Virus record (IMG/VR): IMGVR_UViG_3300033463_006479
Location: 96,001-160,000 of that record
Direction: 5' to 3' (one strand)
DNA: 64,000 nt
Source of the DNA: a virus
Taxonomy: Duplodnaviria > Caudoviricetes
The position numbers and the translations under genes are program-made. How positions within the stretch are numbered: position 1 is the first letter of the stretch; every line of letters starts with the position of its first letter. Below the pieces are notes generated by a model. That model was not told the origin of the DNA and made no database searches. It was given only the letters and a program-made list of their open reading frames with translations. Shown one piece after another: positions 1 to 10,184 of this stretch.

Positions 1-694
1 TGAGTTTGCAGGCAACCGCACAACTGCCACTGCCCATAAACGGGTCTAACACAGTATCGCCTTTGTTTGATGAAAGTGTTATCAGTTCAACATTCAGAAG
101 GACTGGTTTTTGTGTTGAGTGGATTTGTTTTTCAAACTTGGAATTGTATGTCGGTGAGGTGAACGCAAGTACATTTCCAACTCCACTCCAACGGACACGC
201 ATACCAGTGTTTTGGTCAAGAAACCATCCCCTCGGTTTTCCGTCTTTGACATATGGTGCTACAACTTCACGAAGATACTCAACTTTGTTAAACGTCCATT
301 TAGCACCAATTTTTGTTATATGCAGGATTTCCTCCGCTTGCGATTTTAGTTTCAGCGAACTTCCCCTACCCTTTTGTCTTGCGTAAGTCAGCCAGTTTTC
401 AAGATTGCATTGTAGTCCAGCAAGTTTGACGGCCTCATATACCGTTGGAAACATTGTCCTTGCACAGCACATCCATATTGTTCCGTTATCTGTAAGAACA
501 CGTTTCGCTTCACGCAGAAATTCAACTATGAACACTTGATAATCCATAATGTCATCCCAACTCGTGTCTGAAGTAACGCCCGCAAACCCTATTCCGTATG
601 GTGGGTCGGTCACAATAAGCGGTATGCTCTTGTCTGGAAGAGTCCGCATATACTTGTAATAATCCTCGTTGAAAATTTTAATATCACTGTCCAT
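1..694 (-). CDS. DNA methyltransferase (N6-A/N4-C, beta class), 3' end runs off the window
   Basis: Own translation from ATG at 694 (absent from ORF track): MDSDIKIFNEDYYKYMRTLPDKSIPLIVTDPPYG ... HSTQKP ... VLDPFMGSGS; DPPY precedes FxGxG. Confidence 0.9.
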   Translation of the reverse strand, partial: MDSDIKIFNEDYYKYMRTLPDKSIPLIVTDPPYGIGFAGVTSDTSWDDIMDYQVFIVEFLREAKRVLTDNGTIWMCCARTMFPTVYEAVKLAGLQCNLENWLTYARQKGRGSSLKLKSQAEEILHITKIGAKWTFNKVEYLREVVAPYVKDGKPRGWFLDQNTGMRVRWSGVGNVLAFTSPTYNSKFEKQIHSTQKPVLLNVELITLSSNKGDTVLDPFMGSGSCAVACKL

Positions 695-913
695 TTGAAA
701 CCTCCCGTATTGAAATAATGCTATTCATATCAAGATTGGTTAAAATCTGCTCTCTGGCAAAAGGTTCAATGCTATACCATATTGCTTCTGTCGGTTTGTT
801 CATATCAATATCTTTATCAACAGAAACAATATCGTGTTCCACTTCAATTCCGCCGCTCACATAACCGCCGCTGGTTACATATGTGCTAATATATGTTATT
901 TCCAGTTCCATAA
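684..913 (-). CDS. hypothetical protein
   Basis: C-terminal part of ORF 684..1034 from MELEIT; fits the gene packing. Confidence 0.5.
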
Positions 914-921
914 ATTTGTAA

Positions 922-1617
922 TTATATAAGTTGTGCCCTTTTCCAATGTTTAGTCCAATGTTTGTCAGTCTGAACGTGGTTTGCACGCACATACTTGCAC
1001 ACATATTTCGGAAATTCGTCCACGCTGAACTCATCTGCTATACGCATAACAACACCCTCCTTCGTGTCGCCGTATGCTGACGGCTGCTGCATAATCTCGT
1101 CAATCTTTTGCTTAACCTCATCTTCGCTATGGAACACGCCACGCCAAAGGATTGGAACTGTTGGAAGTTCCATAATGCTTGCCGTGAGTTCAACATCATC
1201 CCAAGAGTAGAATATAGGAAAATGAAACATATCGTTTGACAATCCGACAACAGCGAATATATGGAAGTATTCTGGAAGTCTGTCATAATGTATGGAATGC
1301 TCTCCGTACAAGTTCTCCCCAAACACCTCCTCATACTCTCCGATTTTGCCTTTCACTTTCCAATAAAGCCCGTCATTGCCCCACAAGTTCCTTGACCAAG
1401 GGCTTCTTGTTTCTGTTGCGTGAGAACGGGCGAACACGCCATCACAGCTCAAGCAAGAATTTTCTCCGTCAAGTTTTTCAGTTATGACAACTTCCCTGCC
1501 CTTGTAATTCTCAAACCATCCACTCTCTAAACGCTTATCGTCAGAGGTAGCTCCTTGTGAGAACGGGAGATGATATGTTCTTGGATATTTCATCGCTTTA
1601 TGTTTTTGACGATACAA
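922..1617 (-). CDS. ATP-dependent RNA ligase family protein
   Basis: KYPRTYHLPFS N-terminus, motif I TEKLDGEN, FGENLY, EGVV, KYVR. Confidence 0.85.
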   Translation of the reverse strand: MYRQKHKAMKYPRTYHLPFSQGATSDDKRLESGWFENYKGREVVITEKLDGENSCLSCDGVFARSHATETRSPWSRNLWGNDGLYWKVKGKIGEYEEVFGENLYGEHSIHYDRLPEYFHIFAVVGLSNDMFHFPIFYSWDDVELTASIMELPTVPILWRGVFHSEDEVKQKIDEIMQQPSAYGDTKEGVVMRIADEFSVDEFPKYVCKYVRANHVQTDKHWTKHWKRAQLI

Positions 1618-1681
1618 AAATAAAACATATTTTCAAATCGTTGATATGAAAATGCGAAAAATTATCAACAGAGTTTTTAAC
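1615..1681 (-). promoter_or_regulatory. early-type Bacteroidota promoter with upstream TGTTGATAA-like repeat
   Basis: TATTTTTG -7 box at 1615-1622 and degenerate paired repeat at 1662-1681. Confidence 0.6.
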
Positions 1682-1682
1682 A

Positions 1683-2039
1683 CTATTTGAACGAGTATCT
1701 GTTCATTGTGGTGTATTCAACCGTTGTGATTCTGGAAAGCAGGTCAATGCCAGTTTCATCTTTCACGCTCTTTGAGAACTTGTCAAGAAACAATCTGATT
1801 TCAAGTTTCTTGTCAGCGTCAAAAATGAAATTTTCATCAGCATAAGACCAGACCTTAACCTTGTCATATCTGCGTTTGTATTCGCCAGAATATGACAATG
1901 ACATTCCGATTCCGTGTTTCTGGTTCAGCGTGAAACTCACGTTTCCTCTGGTTGTTGTTACGCCTTTGATGTTGTGCGATTTGAGGTAGGCGCATAGGCG
2001 TTCAGCCTTCCGTAATCTTTTAACTCTTATGTCTTCCAT
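1683..2039 (-). CDS. hypothetical protein
   Basis: 118-aa ORF in a tightly packed minus-strand run. Confidence 0.7.
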   Translation of the reverse strand: MEDIRVKRLRKAERLCAYLKSHNIKGVTTTRGNVSFTLNQKHGIGMSLSYSGEYKRRYDKVKVWSYADENFIFDADKKLEIRLFLDKFSKSVKDETGIDLLSRITTVEYTTMNRYSFK

Positions 2040-2049
2040 TATAATGTTG

Positions 2050-2424
2050 TTATAATAGCGAATCCGCTATTGGTTTAATCATCTGGTAATAATATGTTTC
2101 TTCAAACTTGCACTTGCTGTGTGTCCTTACATATTTGTCGCACCACTCGTACAAATCAGCACCGACAGCACCAGTATAAATGACTCCGTTGCTGGCCATA
2201 GCACACAAGTTTTCAAAAAGCGTTCTTTTTTCCAAAGGCCATTCCGCAACAACAGAATACGGCACATTAAACAACGGGCAATAAATGCCAACTGAAGAAT
2301 GAGTCCCACGTCTTGAACGTTCAGCTATGATATTGGCCGCATTGGTTACACGTTTCATCAATTCATCTTTGCTTGATTGCGTGTAAACTGGTTGTTCGGA
2401 TGTTGCGTTTTTGTTTTCTGTCAT
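2050..2424 (-). CDS. hypothetical protein
   Basis: 124-aa ORF, 4-bp overlap with the upstream gene. Confidence 0.7.
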   Translation of the reverse strand: MTENKNATSEQPVYTQSSKDELMKRVTNAANIIAERSRRGTHSSVGIYCPLFNVPYSVVAEWPLEKRTLFENLCAMASNGVIYTGAVGADLYEWCDKYVRTHSKCKFEETYYYQMIKPIADSLL

Positions 2425-2912
2425 AACCTTATGTCAAATATCTGGTTGTTGTATTTTTCAAATATTTTTCTGACTATCTCCCTATTTTCTTCCGTGTCAA
2501 AACTTCTGTCATAGTCGCCGCCGCATTGAACAAGACTTTCAATCGCTATGATATAAAAAGTGTTTGTTTTATTTTTTGCAATAGTCTTGTCAAGTTCAAC
2601 AATGTCAATCTCGTTCAAGCGTGTTTTTGTAATAGGCTTTATTTCCAGTTTTCCACCATTTCTTTTAGGTTCTTTATAGTCTGGATTTTTGGCAAGAACT
2701 GTTATGGTAGAAAAAGGTGAGCCTTCACCGCTTTTCCATTTTAGTATATTATACGCTTGTTCAAGCGTGAGCGGTTTTTTTGGAAGTCCGCCAAATATAT
2801 CTTCAGTTCTGAATGATACTTCAAATCTATCATCTCTGACCGATGTTGATGGCGCATTATTGTATTGTTGCAATATTTTCAAATAGTCTTTAAAGTAATC
2901 TTTAGGTGGCAT
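2421..2912 (-). CDS. hypothetical protein with internal KLEIKPITKTRL tag
   Basis: 163-aa ORF containing the conserved tag seen in late proteins. Confidence 0.75.
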   Translation of the reverse strand: MPPKDYFKDYLKILQQYNNAPSTSVRDDRFEVSFRTEDIFGGLPKKPLTLEQAYNILKWKSGEGSPFSTITVLAKNPDYKEPKRNGGKLEIKPITKTRLNEIDIVELDKTIAKNKTNTFYIIAIESLVQCGGDYDRSFDTEENREIVRKIFEKYNNQIFDIRL

Positions 2913-3240
2913 CGTTTTCTTTGTTTTTGTTTGTTATGTAATTCAAAACATACAGCAATCCGTCAAACCCGATAAGTTTCAACGCTTCACTTATATGCAA
3001 GTCAGCATCACCTTTGACTATATGGCTTGCGTATTCATCATCACAGCCGAGCGTATTCTTTATATATTCTCTTGCGTTATCCCCGCCGTTTTGCCGTTCA
3101 AGTATTTTGACGGCAATCATACCAGATACACGAAGCCACTGGCGATTGTTGACACGCCATTCGGCCATTTCACGCCAGTTGGATGGTGTTGGTGAACTTA
3201 TGGCTTCAAGTTTCTTAATTATATCATCATTGGTTGTCAT
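2902..3240 (-). CDS. hypothetical protein, possible HTH
   Basis: ORF probably starting at MTTNDD; helical C-terminal region. Confidence 0.6.
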   Translation of the reverse strand: MTTNDDIIKKLEAISSPTPSNWREMAEWRVNNRQWLRVSGMIAVKILERQNGGDNAREYIKNTLGCDDEYASHIVKGDADLHISEALKLIGFDGLLYVLNYITNKNKENDAT

Positions 3241-3607
3241 CGTTTTTCTTATGTTCGTCAATATACTCATCCATAACAACATTGAGAAATTCAACGGTTT
3301 TATCTGGAAGATTTTTTGCATCTGGGTTTTCTTTCAAATAGTCAAGGGTTTTTCCGACACCATAAATGACATACATATCCTCTTTTGAAGGGACGAATAT
3401 CACGAATAACGATGTTACGCAAAGTGCGGCAAACATTTTGAATGTCATTTTGCCGATTTTTGTCCTAATAGAATCATTTTCGTTTTCAGCAACCATAACA
3501 ATATATGTTATGAGAAGCACAACAACTGTTACTATAAGAATAATCATAGCAGTAATGGAGACACATTTGAAACCGTCCAATACGCTAAACCAATACAAGT
3601 TTTTCAT
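3227..3607 (-). CDS. membrane protein
   Basis: Two hydrophobic segments. Confidence 0.7.
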   Translation of the reverse strand: MKNLYWFSVLDGFKCVSITAMIILIVTVVVLLITYIVMVAENENDSIRTKIGKMTFKMFAALCVTSLFVIFVPSKEDMYVIYGVGKTLDYLKENPDAKNLPDKTVEFLNVVMDEYIDEHKKNDDNQ

Positions 3608-3834
3608 TTCTTTGATTTTTTGATGATGTTCAATATTTTGAATATGTGATAAAATGCCAAGCCGACAAAAATATAAAGCGGAAGCTCAAAGCATAGGAAC
3701 ATAGTCCAGTTAAAACCAACTGTACCATAATGTCCTACTATAGCCATTATGATTCCAACTATGCCAATTCCAAGAATAAAGTTTAGGTTATTCTCTACGG
3801 CCTTTTTTATGAACTTTCCGATTTTGTCAAACAT
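3604..3834 (-). CDS. small membrane protein
   Basis: Two hydrophobic segments, ATGA overlap. Confidence 0.65.
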   Translation of the reverse strand: MFDKIGKFIKKAVENNLNFILGIGIVGIIMAIVGHYGTVGFNWTMFLCFELPLYIFVGLAFYHIFKILNIIKKSKK

Positions 3835-3840
3835 ATCCGT

Positions 3841-4395
3841 TTATTTTTCAACAACAGTATATCCGAATGGAACTACGCCGTTTGCTATGGATTCCCAATG
3901 CTTGGCCACATTATTGCCAGCAGGGAACGCATATTTGTCACCAGCCTCTTTTCTGCGGATTTCCTCATTGTTTTTTTCAACGAGTTCTTTTGCTTTTTTT
4001 TGCAATGCCGTCCAAGTGTCCTTGCTGATTGTTTTTTCAAACTTGTCATCGTATTGCGGATATAGCATATGGTTGTAGTTCACAAGACGCATTCCGCAAT
4101 CGTGGTCATCAAGCATAAGTTTGTCAATGATACTCCACAGCACACAACCTATTTGAAAGCCAGTCATACCATATTGACAAGAACACATTTCTATTGCCGC
4201 ATACGCAAGTGCAGATGCGGAATCAACGGTCTGCTCGTAAAAGTCAGTGCCGTCTTTTAACGCAAAACAATGCGAAACGAGTTCATCGGCAAACGCTTTA
4301 AGCTGTTCCGTGTTGCGGATTTCGGTTTTCGCACGATTGTGCCATTTTTCCTTATCGGCCTTCCACCGTTCTCTTTGTTCTTCTGTAATTTCCAT
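3841..4395 (-). CDS. hypothetical protein
   Basis: ORF probably from MEITEE, just downstream of a TTGTAC-N17-TATATT promoter. Confidence 0.7.
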   Translation of the reverse strand: MEITEEQRERWKADKEKWHNRAKTEIRNTEQLKAFADELVSHCFALKDGTDFYEQTVDSASALAYAAIEMCSCQYGMTGFQIGCVLWSIIDKLMLDDHDCGMRLVNYNHMLYPQYDDKFEKTISKDTWTALQKKAKELVEKNNEEIRRKEAGDKYAFPAGNNVAKHWESIANGVVPFGYTVVEK

Positions 4396-4427
4396 AATTT
4401 TATTTTCTATAATATAATAAAAATTTT

Positions 4428-4676
4428 TTATTTGTACAAATATCTTGTGGTGCTCCAATCGTTTTCGGAAGATAAGCGTTTGTGATGCTCAATCATCTCA
4501 TTGGCTTCTTCAAGCGTTGTTTTTGCCAGATACGGGCTGTAATCCTCAACAATGGATTCGGTGTTCACTCTGTCTGGGAATATGATATATTTCCAAAACA
4601 GAACACTCTTTACCTGCGGGTAATAAAACAACTTCCCTTTGTGCGATACAATCTTTATTCTGTATCTGTTTGCCAT
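4428..4676 (-). CDS. hypothetical protein
   Basis: MANRYRIKIV ... YYPQVK ... WKY phage-type small protein. Confidence 0.6.
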   Translation of the reverse strand: MANRYRIKIVSHKGKLFYYPQVKSVLFWKYIIFPDRVNTESIVEDYSPYLAKTTLEEANEMIEHHKRLSSENDWSTTRYLYK

Positions 4677-4683
4677 ATTTCTG

Positions 4684-5016
4684 TTATATTTCAAATTTGT
4701 AAACCGCAACAAGTTTGTCATCGTGATAGACTTCAAGTTTGTCATCATACACGCCGAGTTGCATTAAGGAATCGTATGAGGTATGGCCGTCACTCCATTC
4801 AAGTTTCAAGGATTCACCTTTGGTGTCAAGAACTGTGCATTTTCCAATTTCCTCATAATCGTCAAAATCATTGTTCTTGCAAACATAGAAAATAAGTTTT
4901 GCGCCTTTGCAAAAAATATCCCGCTTTTCCTTCGTTGCCTTTTTTTCGTTGATAACAGAAAGTACAAGAAGAAAAGCAACAATAGCCAATGTTAAGAAAA
5001 ATATCAATCCGTTCAT
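4684..5016 (-). CDS. N-terminally membrane-anchored protein
   Basis: Hydrophobic N-terminus followed by a small beta domain. Confidence 0.65.
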   Translation of the reverse strand: MNGLIFFLTLAIVAFLLVLSVINEKKATKEKRDIFCKGAKLIFYVCKNNDFDDYEEIGKCTVLDTKGESLKLEWSDGHTSYDSLMQLGVYDDKLEVYHDDKLVAVYKFEI

Positions 5017-5026
5017 AGTGGTTATG

Positions 5027-5779
5027 CTATAATATGTTTATTTTCTTTTCGGCAATCAAATCGTATTCATAATTGGTGTCATACCAGATTGTTTTGAATT
5101 GGTCGCTGCCAGTAATTCTACTTATGTATGGTTGTAACATATCGCAAAACTGGTGCATCCATCCTTTCAAATCATCAATGCTGGTTGAGCATCTGTACAA
5201 ATATGGCTTGAGTGTCGGGTAATATGCGGCCAATCCGCCTTTTGTATAGATTTCAACATCGTCAAGAAGTGCGGAGCATTGTCCTATCTGGAACGCTATG
5301 ACCTTTTTTATGTCATCGCCGCTCATATTTTTATTCAATGTGTCAAAATCAATCGTATCAAGATTGTCCGCAAGAAGTTCCAATGTTTCAAGCCTTTCGT
5401 TCCAGCATCCGTGTAATGCTTCTTTTATTTGTGTGCGGAATTGTGACCGAGACAAGTGTGATAGTATGATTCTTGATGAACGCATACATTTGACTGGAAT
5501 GTCCCTGCATCTTCTGAATTTTACCAGTAACGGGTCGGTCTGTTCGTGCAAATCATACGTGTCAATAAGCGAATTGTTTATTTCATCAATGCTGCCTTTG
5601 TAGCAAGCCATCACAACGCCCTTTCGCTCATCAACGGTTATCAGATTTCTGTTCTCCGATTTGTCAGCACTACAAAACGCTTTCGCTTCCTGCAATGATG
5701 GTATTTCATCAACAACATAGACAACATCAGTGTCCGTGCTGTCTTCAGAGCCGTGTATATATCTTGCAAACAACTTCAT
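5027..5779 (-). CDS. nucleotidyltransferase-like protein (Pol-beta fold)
   Basis: N-terminal IHGSEDSTDTDVVYVV matches the hG[GS]...DxD motif. Confidence 0.55.
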   Translation of the reverse strand: MKLFARYIHGSEDSTDTDVVYVVDEIPSLQEAKAFCSADKSENRNLITVDERKGVVMACYKGSIDEINNSLIDTYDLHEQTDPLLVKFRRCRDIPVKCMRSSRIILSHLSRSQFRTQIKEALHGCWNERLETLELLADNLDTIDFDTLNKNMSGDDIKKVIAFQIGQCSALLDDVEIYTKGGLAAYYPTLKPYLYRCSTSIDDLKGWMHQFCDMLQPYISRITGSDQFKTIWYDTNYEYDLIAEKKINIL

Positions 5780-5782
5780 TTT

Positions 5783-5998
5783 TTATGATTTTTTAAGATT
5801 ATATTGTATGCGTTTTTTGATTGATTTAACATTTTTTGTGAACAGATAAGGTGTGAAAACAAACAGCATTTCGTTGATTTTGTCATAGATTTCGCACCTC
5901 TCATTGCGTTCTGTAAAGATGCATTGTATTGGGAATACGATTATTGCGACCAAATCTATAAAGATAACCTTTGCGAGAATTAGCAGATTCCGTTTCAT
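5783..5998 (-). CDS. small membrane protein
   Basis: 71-aa ORF with a hydrophobic stretch. Confidence 0.55.
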   Translation of the reverse strand: MKRNLLILAKVIFIDLVAIIVFPIQCIFTERNERCEIYDKINEMLFVFTPYLFTKNVKSIKKRIQYNLKKS

Positions 5999-6006
5999 TG
6001 TATTCC

Positions 6007-6342
6007 TTATTTTTTCCTTTTCAGTTTTGGAAGAATTTTTCTAATGATGAACTCTTTGTAAGAAACTGGGTCATTTTCACTGTTTACAATTCTGTCCGCA
6101 TCTTTCTTATCCAAGATAAATGTTCCGTCTGACGGCTCTGCCCAGTCATCACGCTTTGGAGGTCTGTATTCTTGAACGTGGTCATCAATGTCCTCTGGAT
6201 TGTAGTGTGCTACAGCATCTCTGACAATCTGCTTGTTTTTGTTGGATGTTTTCCGTCTGCGGTTTTTGTAAAATCCAGTGTTTTGATTGCCAAAACCGCC
6301 GCACATTCCGAGTTTTACAAATTTTCTATATGACCTGCTCAT
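6007..6342 (-). CDS. basic hypothetical protein
   Basis: MSRSYRK N-terminus, packed ORF. Confidence 0.7.
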   Translation of the reverse strand: MSRSYRKFVKLGMCGGFGNQNTGFYKNRRRKTSNKNKQIVRDAVAHYNPEDIDDHVQEYRPPKRDDWAEPSDGTFILDKKDADRIVNSENDPVSYKEFIIRKILPKLKRKK

Positions 6343-6811
6343 TATAGTTTCTTTTTTGGATTTTCTTTATTTCGGTTTCAATGCCGTCTATCGCTTGCTT
6401 GTGATATGCGATTTCTTTGTCAAGCTGTTCGATACGGGTGTGCTTGCAAGATTCCAGAAAATTGTTCTTTTCCTTGACGAGTTCTTCGCCATCACAAAGC
6501 AACCATTTGATTGGGATTTTAGGAAATTCTGCGGCTTTGCATTTGCCACCAACTTCATAATCATAAGCAAGAGAATGGCCGTGAAAGTGTAAGAACGAAT
6601 CATCAACACTGCTAACTCTTGTCAATGTTGTGCGTGCGCTGTCCTTGAATATCTTTTTCTCAATCTTGTGAAAATCGTCAAGCGCAAGTTGTGAAATTTT
6701 GAGAAGGTCTATTTCCTTCTTTGACGGTTTTTCAGAAAGACGCTTACAACCAGCGTCATAAGTTTCCTTTTGAAAATGCTTGATTAGTTTCTGTGTTTTT
6801 TCCTTTTCCAT
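6326..6811 (-). CDS. hypothetical protein
   Basis: First gene after the early promoter at 6835. Confidence 0.7.
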   Translation of the reverse strand: MEKEKTQKLIKHFQKETYDAGCKRLSEKPSKKEIDLLKISQLALDDFHKIEKKIFKDSARTTLTRVSSVDDSFLHFHGHSLAYDYEVGGKCKAAEFPKIPIKWLLCDGEELVKEKNNFLESCKHTRIEQLDKEIAYHKQAIDGIETEIKKIQKRNYNEQVI

Positions 6812-6834
6812 AACTGTTTATTTTTGTTATGCTG

Positions 6835-6901
6835 CAAAAATACAATTTTTTATAAAAGGTATAGCATATTTCAAAAAAACTTATCAACAGAGTTATCAAC
6901 A
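6835..6901 (-). promoter_or_regulatory. early promoter with TGTTGATAAC x2 upstream element
   Basis: TATTTTTGCA -7 box; + strand ttatcaacagagttatcaaca at 6881-6901. Confidence 0.75.
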
Positions 6902-6909
6902 GATTTCGG

Positions 6910-7326
6910 TCAGTCAATATTCAGTTCCAAATTGAATTTGTTGCAAAAATCCGTAAGGGTTTTCTTCAGTTCAACAAGCCATTCTTTTGTTGCTGGATTA
7001 AAATCTTCCAATGTGTATGCGTTGTCTTTCTGCTTGTCATACAGCCACGAATCCAGTCTGCTTATAAATGAGCAATCATCAATGAAGTCGCCGCCGTTTT
7101 CAAGCAGGTACATTCTGTCACGCACAAACAAAAGTATGTTCTCAACAAAAGGAGATACTTTGATTTTCTTGCGCCACAGTGTTATCGCCATTTTATTTCC
7201 GAACATTTTTCTTTCGTCATCTCCAGCATTGGTTCTCAATCGTGTGATGTTGTCATCATAATATTCTATGTCAAACAGAATGTTACGAGAATTGTCTTGG
7301 CTTGTTTCATAAATTTGGAATACCAT
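6910..7326 (-). CDS. hypothetical protein
   Basis: ORF probably from MVFQIY. Confidence 0.6.
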   Translation of the reverse strand: MVFQIYETSQDNSRNILFDIEYYDDNITRLRTNAGDDERKMFGNKMAITLWRKKIKVSPFVENILLFVRDRMYLLENGGDFIDDCSFISRLDSWLYDKQKDNAYTLEDFNPATKEWLVELKKTLTDFCNKFNLELNID

Positions 7327-7330
7327 ATCT

Positions 7331-8020
7331 TTATTGTTTAATGTTTGATGCGTTTCCTGCAATATTTGTTTTGAACATTTGCAGGAGTTTTCTTTGTATG
7401 TTGTCAAGACTGATTTCGGAATGTCTTATTCCGCTTTTGTCAGCCCGATAAATGACAGACTCGTTTCCGTTTGGAAACCATTTTTCAGCGTCTTCCTTTC
7501 CGATATCAAGGATGATGTTATCGCTTTCGTATTTGAACTTATATGGAATGGGTGTTATGCCGCATAACCTCATCATACAGTCAAATGTTTCCCAAAAATG
7601 GTCAATGGTGAATGTGAAGTCGTTTGTTTTCTTTTTACGAAACAGATTCCACCTTTTGGTTTTCTTTGGCTCATTTGTTATGCCGAACATTATCATAAGA
7701 TTGATAATGTTAATATGCATATCGTTCCACTTGTTTTTATTGACATAATAACGAAACACAACATCATTGGTGATGTTATATTCGGATATTTCTATGCTTG
7801 CGTATAGGTTTGGGTATTTTCTGCTTGCAACAAAGCATTTCACGCCATACGTTAACGGCTCAAATGTAACTATGTTGAAATCGTTTTTGTCAAATGCTTC
7901 CACGAATTTCTTTTCAAGTGATTTCAGCCATTTCTCATTGGCTTCCTTGGCTTTCATATTACCGTATTTGAACATATTTTCGGCAATGTCACCAAACATA
8001 ACTGGTATCGGAACAATCAT
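7331..8020 (-). CDS. hypothetical protein
   Basis: 229-aa ORF. Confidence 0.7.
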   Translation of the reverse strand: MIVPIPVMFGDIAENMFKYGNMKAKEANEKWLKSLEKKFVEAFDKNDFNIVTFEPLTYGVKCFVASRKYPNLYASIEISEYNITNDVVFRYYVNKNKWNDMHINIINLMIMFGITNEPKKTKRWNLFRKKKTNDFTFTIDHFWETFDCMMRLCGITPIPYKFKYESDNIILDIGKEDAEKWFPNGNESVIYRADKSGIRHSEISLDNIQRKLLQMFKTNIAGNASNIKQ

Positions 8021-8418
8021 ACGTTCTTTGTTTTTTGGTTGTTATACATATCGGTTGGTGCTTCCAACGCAAGACCTTTCTCGATGAGGTGTCTGTAATC
8101 AAAATGTCGGGCATTAAGCCAGTCAAGTGCTACATAGGCGTTATGTGAGAACGTCCATTCTTCCGAGCCGTTGTGCGTGATTTCGTGCAACTCGTTTCTT
8201 TCGTCATCCGTCATACTTGACATAGGCCGCAAGAATGGTTTTATTTCATTGACACACCAAGTGTGGAAATAACGTCTGTCTATGTTTTCCCTGCTTAATT
8301 CCGTATCTTTGAGGACAAATCTGTCGCCAAGATAAGTTTCACATATAACGCCATACGGAAGTCTGGCGCACAAGTCGCACTTTACGAGTTCCTTTTCTTC
8401 TAATGTCATCACTCTCAT
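8017..8418 (-). CDS. conserved-type Bacteroidota phage protein
   Basis: DLCARLPYGV ... KPFLRPMSSMT ... LIEKGLALEAP. Confidence 0.7.
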   Translation of the reverse strand: MRVMTLEEKELVKCDLCARLPYGVICETYLGDRFVLKDTELSRENIDRRYFHTWCVNEIKPFLRPMSSMTDDERNELHEITHNGSEEWTFSHNAYVALDWLNARHFDYRHLIEKGLALEAPTDMYNNQKTKNV

Positions 8419-8440
8419 AACGATGGTATTATTATTATTA

Positions 8441-8860
8441 TTATTTGTTCTGATGTTTTCCGAGAACTGCGCTTATTGAACAGATGCCGTCAATGATTGT
8501 TTCGACTTCTCCAGTTTCTGAATTGTGCTCATTATGGTAATATCCGTTTAACTCAAATTCAATGCTGTTCGGATTTTTTTCTATGATAGATTCCAATACC
8601 TTTCCGTTAAATGTTCCAACTGGTGTCACATTGGCCATCATATCTCCGTTATCATCAACCCACATATCATTTACTTTGCAAGCCATTGCCGATAGCGGAA
8701 CATAACCAGCTGGAATTGATACTGGATGTTCAAGTGTGCCTATGGCTTTGCCATCTTTAAGAAATTTCTCTATGGCGTTTTTCAAAACGTCTTTTGGAAT
8801 TTTGGTGTTGCCACTATTGACATTGCACCAGACTTTTGCCGTGTAGGTTTTATTCTCCAT
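8441..8860 (-). CDS. T4 gp21-like prohead protease paralog, probably inactive
   Basis: AIGTLEHP resembles gp21 ALGELxHP; the expected GVSSRG serine motif is replaced by EFELNG. Confidence 0.55.
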   Translation of the reverse strand: MENKTYTAKVWCNVNSGNTKIPKDVLKNAIEKFLKDGKAIGTLEHPVSIPAGYVPLSAMACKVNDMWVDDNGDMMANVTPVGTFNGKVLESIIEKNPNSIEFELNGYYHNEHNSETGEVETIIDGICSISAVLGKHQNK

Positions 8861-10184
8861 CGTTCCAAGTTTTGTATTTTCCGTCATATTCATCGCAAGT
8901 TCCGAGAAGGTTTTTCGTGTCGTTGCTGTATGGCACGCATTGTGTGAATGCGCCAGTGACACACATATAGTATTTTATGTCACCAACGTCCTCGCAATAC
9001 ATAAAGAAATCACAAACCCATACATCATCAAAATAATTTCGGACAAGAACCTTGTCATACGGACGCAGTTCTTCAGACGAAAACGGCATAGGCGTTATTG
9101 GTGCGTTGAAACCTATTGCTGAACACTCGCCTTCCCCAAGGCTCAACACATTATACCCGAATTGGTCAACTGATGAAACCAAGTATAAATCGCCATTATA
9201 TTGGATTCTGTCGCCCTTTTTGTATTTTGGAATGCCGCAGTTGCTTCTCCAAACAATATGCTCGTTGGCATCCCATATCCAGTCGTTTTTCTCAAGCATA
9301 GAAAGAATCTCCTTTTTCGTATCAATGGATGCGTATTCAAAAGAGCATTCGTTCTTTTTGCGATGAACATTGTGTTTTTCCCAATCGGTCACAACATCAA
9401 GTCTGTGGTTTGTAACTCCGTATCTTGCATAAAAATGAATATATCCGCATTTGTCAATTTCCTTGAATATGAAAATTGTGTCATTGTCGCAAAGAATGTC
9501 GCCGTCCCTTGCATCGTCAATAGTCCATAGGCGGAATAGGTTTGACGGAAGATTGAACTCACGTCCGAACTCGTCAATCAGATTCAGCTCAGTCAATGCG
9601 GTCTGCGACTTTATGTAAAGCGGTGTTCCTTTTTTAAGAAACGCCTTTTCGCCGCTGCGTGTCCTTTCGGTGTCAATGTCTTTGACACACACAACACATT
9701 TGTTTGCTTTAGCACCGACAAAATCGCAAAGGTCTGCGTTCCAGTAGAATCCGTATGCAGCGGCCTTTTCAAAAAACTCGGCACGCTCCACATTGTTGGC
9801 GTATCTGGAATTTTTGAAATTAAACTTGCCTTTCGGCACATCATTTCCAACAAGTGTCGGATATGCTGCAAGCACGCAGTCTTTTGAAATTGCGTATGTC
9901 TTGCCATCACCAGCAACGATTACAGAGCCTACGCTTTTTGGCATAACAATACTCTGCCAGTCGCCTTCCCAATACTTGATGTCTTTTGCTGGAAACAGCA
10001 CGCATTCCCCGCTGTAATCAATCTGTCCGAAAACATTGACGGAAAACATTTCGCCGTTGCTCATTTTTTTAAATTCAAGGTTTCCGTCATCGAGCGTTTT
10101 TTGGTAGCGCACATTGCCGAAGCAAGTTGAATACAATTCAACTCCAGATGCCGCACCCATCAATAAATCTCTAATGCTTGTCAT
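8850..10184 (-). CDS. hypothetical multi-module phage protein
   Basis: 444-aa ORF with WTIDDARDGDIL and PKYKKGD modules. Confidence 0.75.
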   Translation of the reverse strand: MTSIRDLLMGAASGVELYSTCFGNVRYQKTLDDGNLEFKKMSNGEMFSVNVFGQIDYSGECVLFPAKDIKYWEGDWQSIVMPKSVGSVIVAGDGKTYAISKDCVLAAYPTLVGNDVPKGKFNFKNSRYANNVERAEFFEKAAAYGFYWNADLCDFVGAKANKCVVCVKDIDTERTRSGEKAFLKKGTPLYIKSQTALTELNLIDEFGREFNLPSNLFRLWTIDDARDGDILCDNDTIFIFKEIDKCGYIHFYARYGVTNHRLDVVTDWEKHNVHRKKNECSFEYASIDTKKEILSMLEKNDWIWDANEHIVWRSNCGIPKYKKGDRIQYNGDLYLVSSVDQFGYNVLSLGEGECSAIGFNAPITPMPFSSEELRPYDKVLVRNYFDDVWVCDFFMYCEDVGDIKYYMCVTGAFTQCVPYSNDTKNLLGTCDEYDGKYKTWNDGE

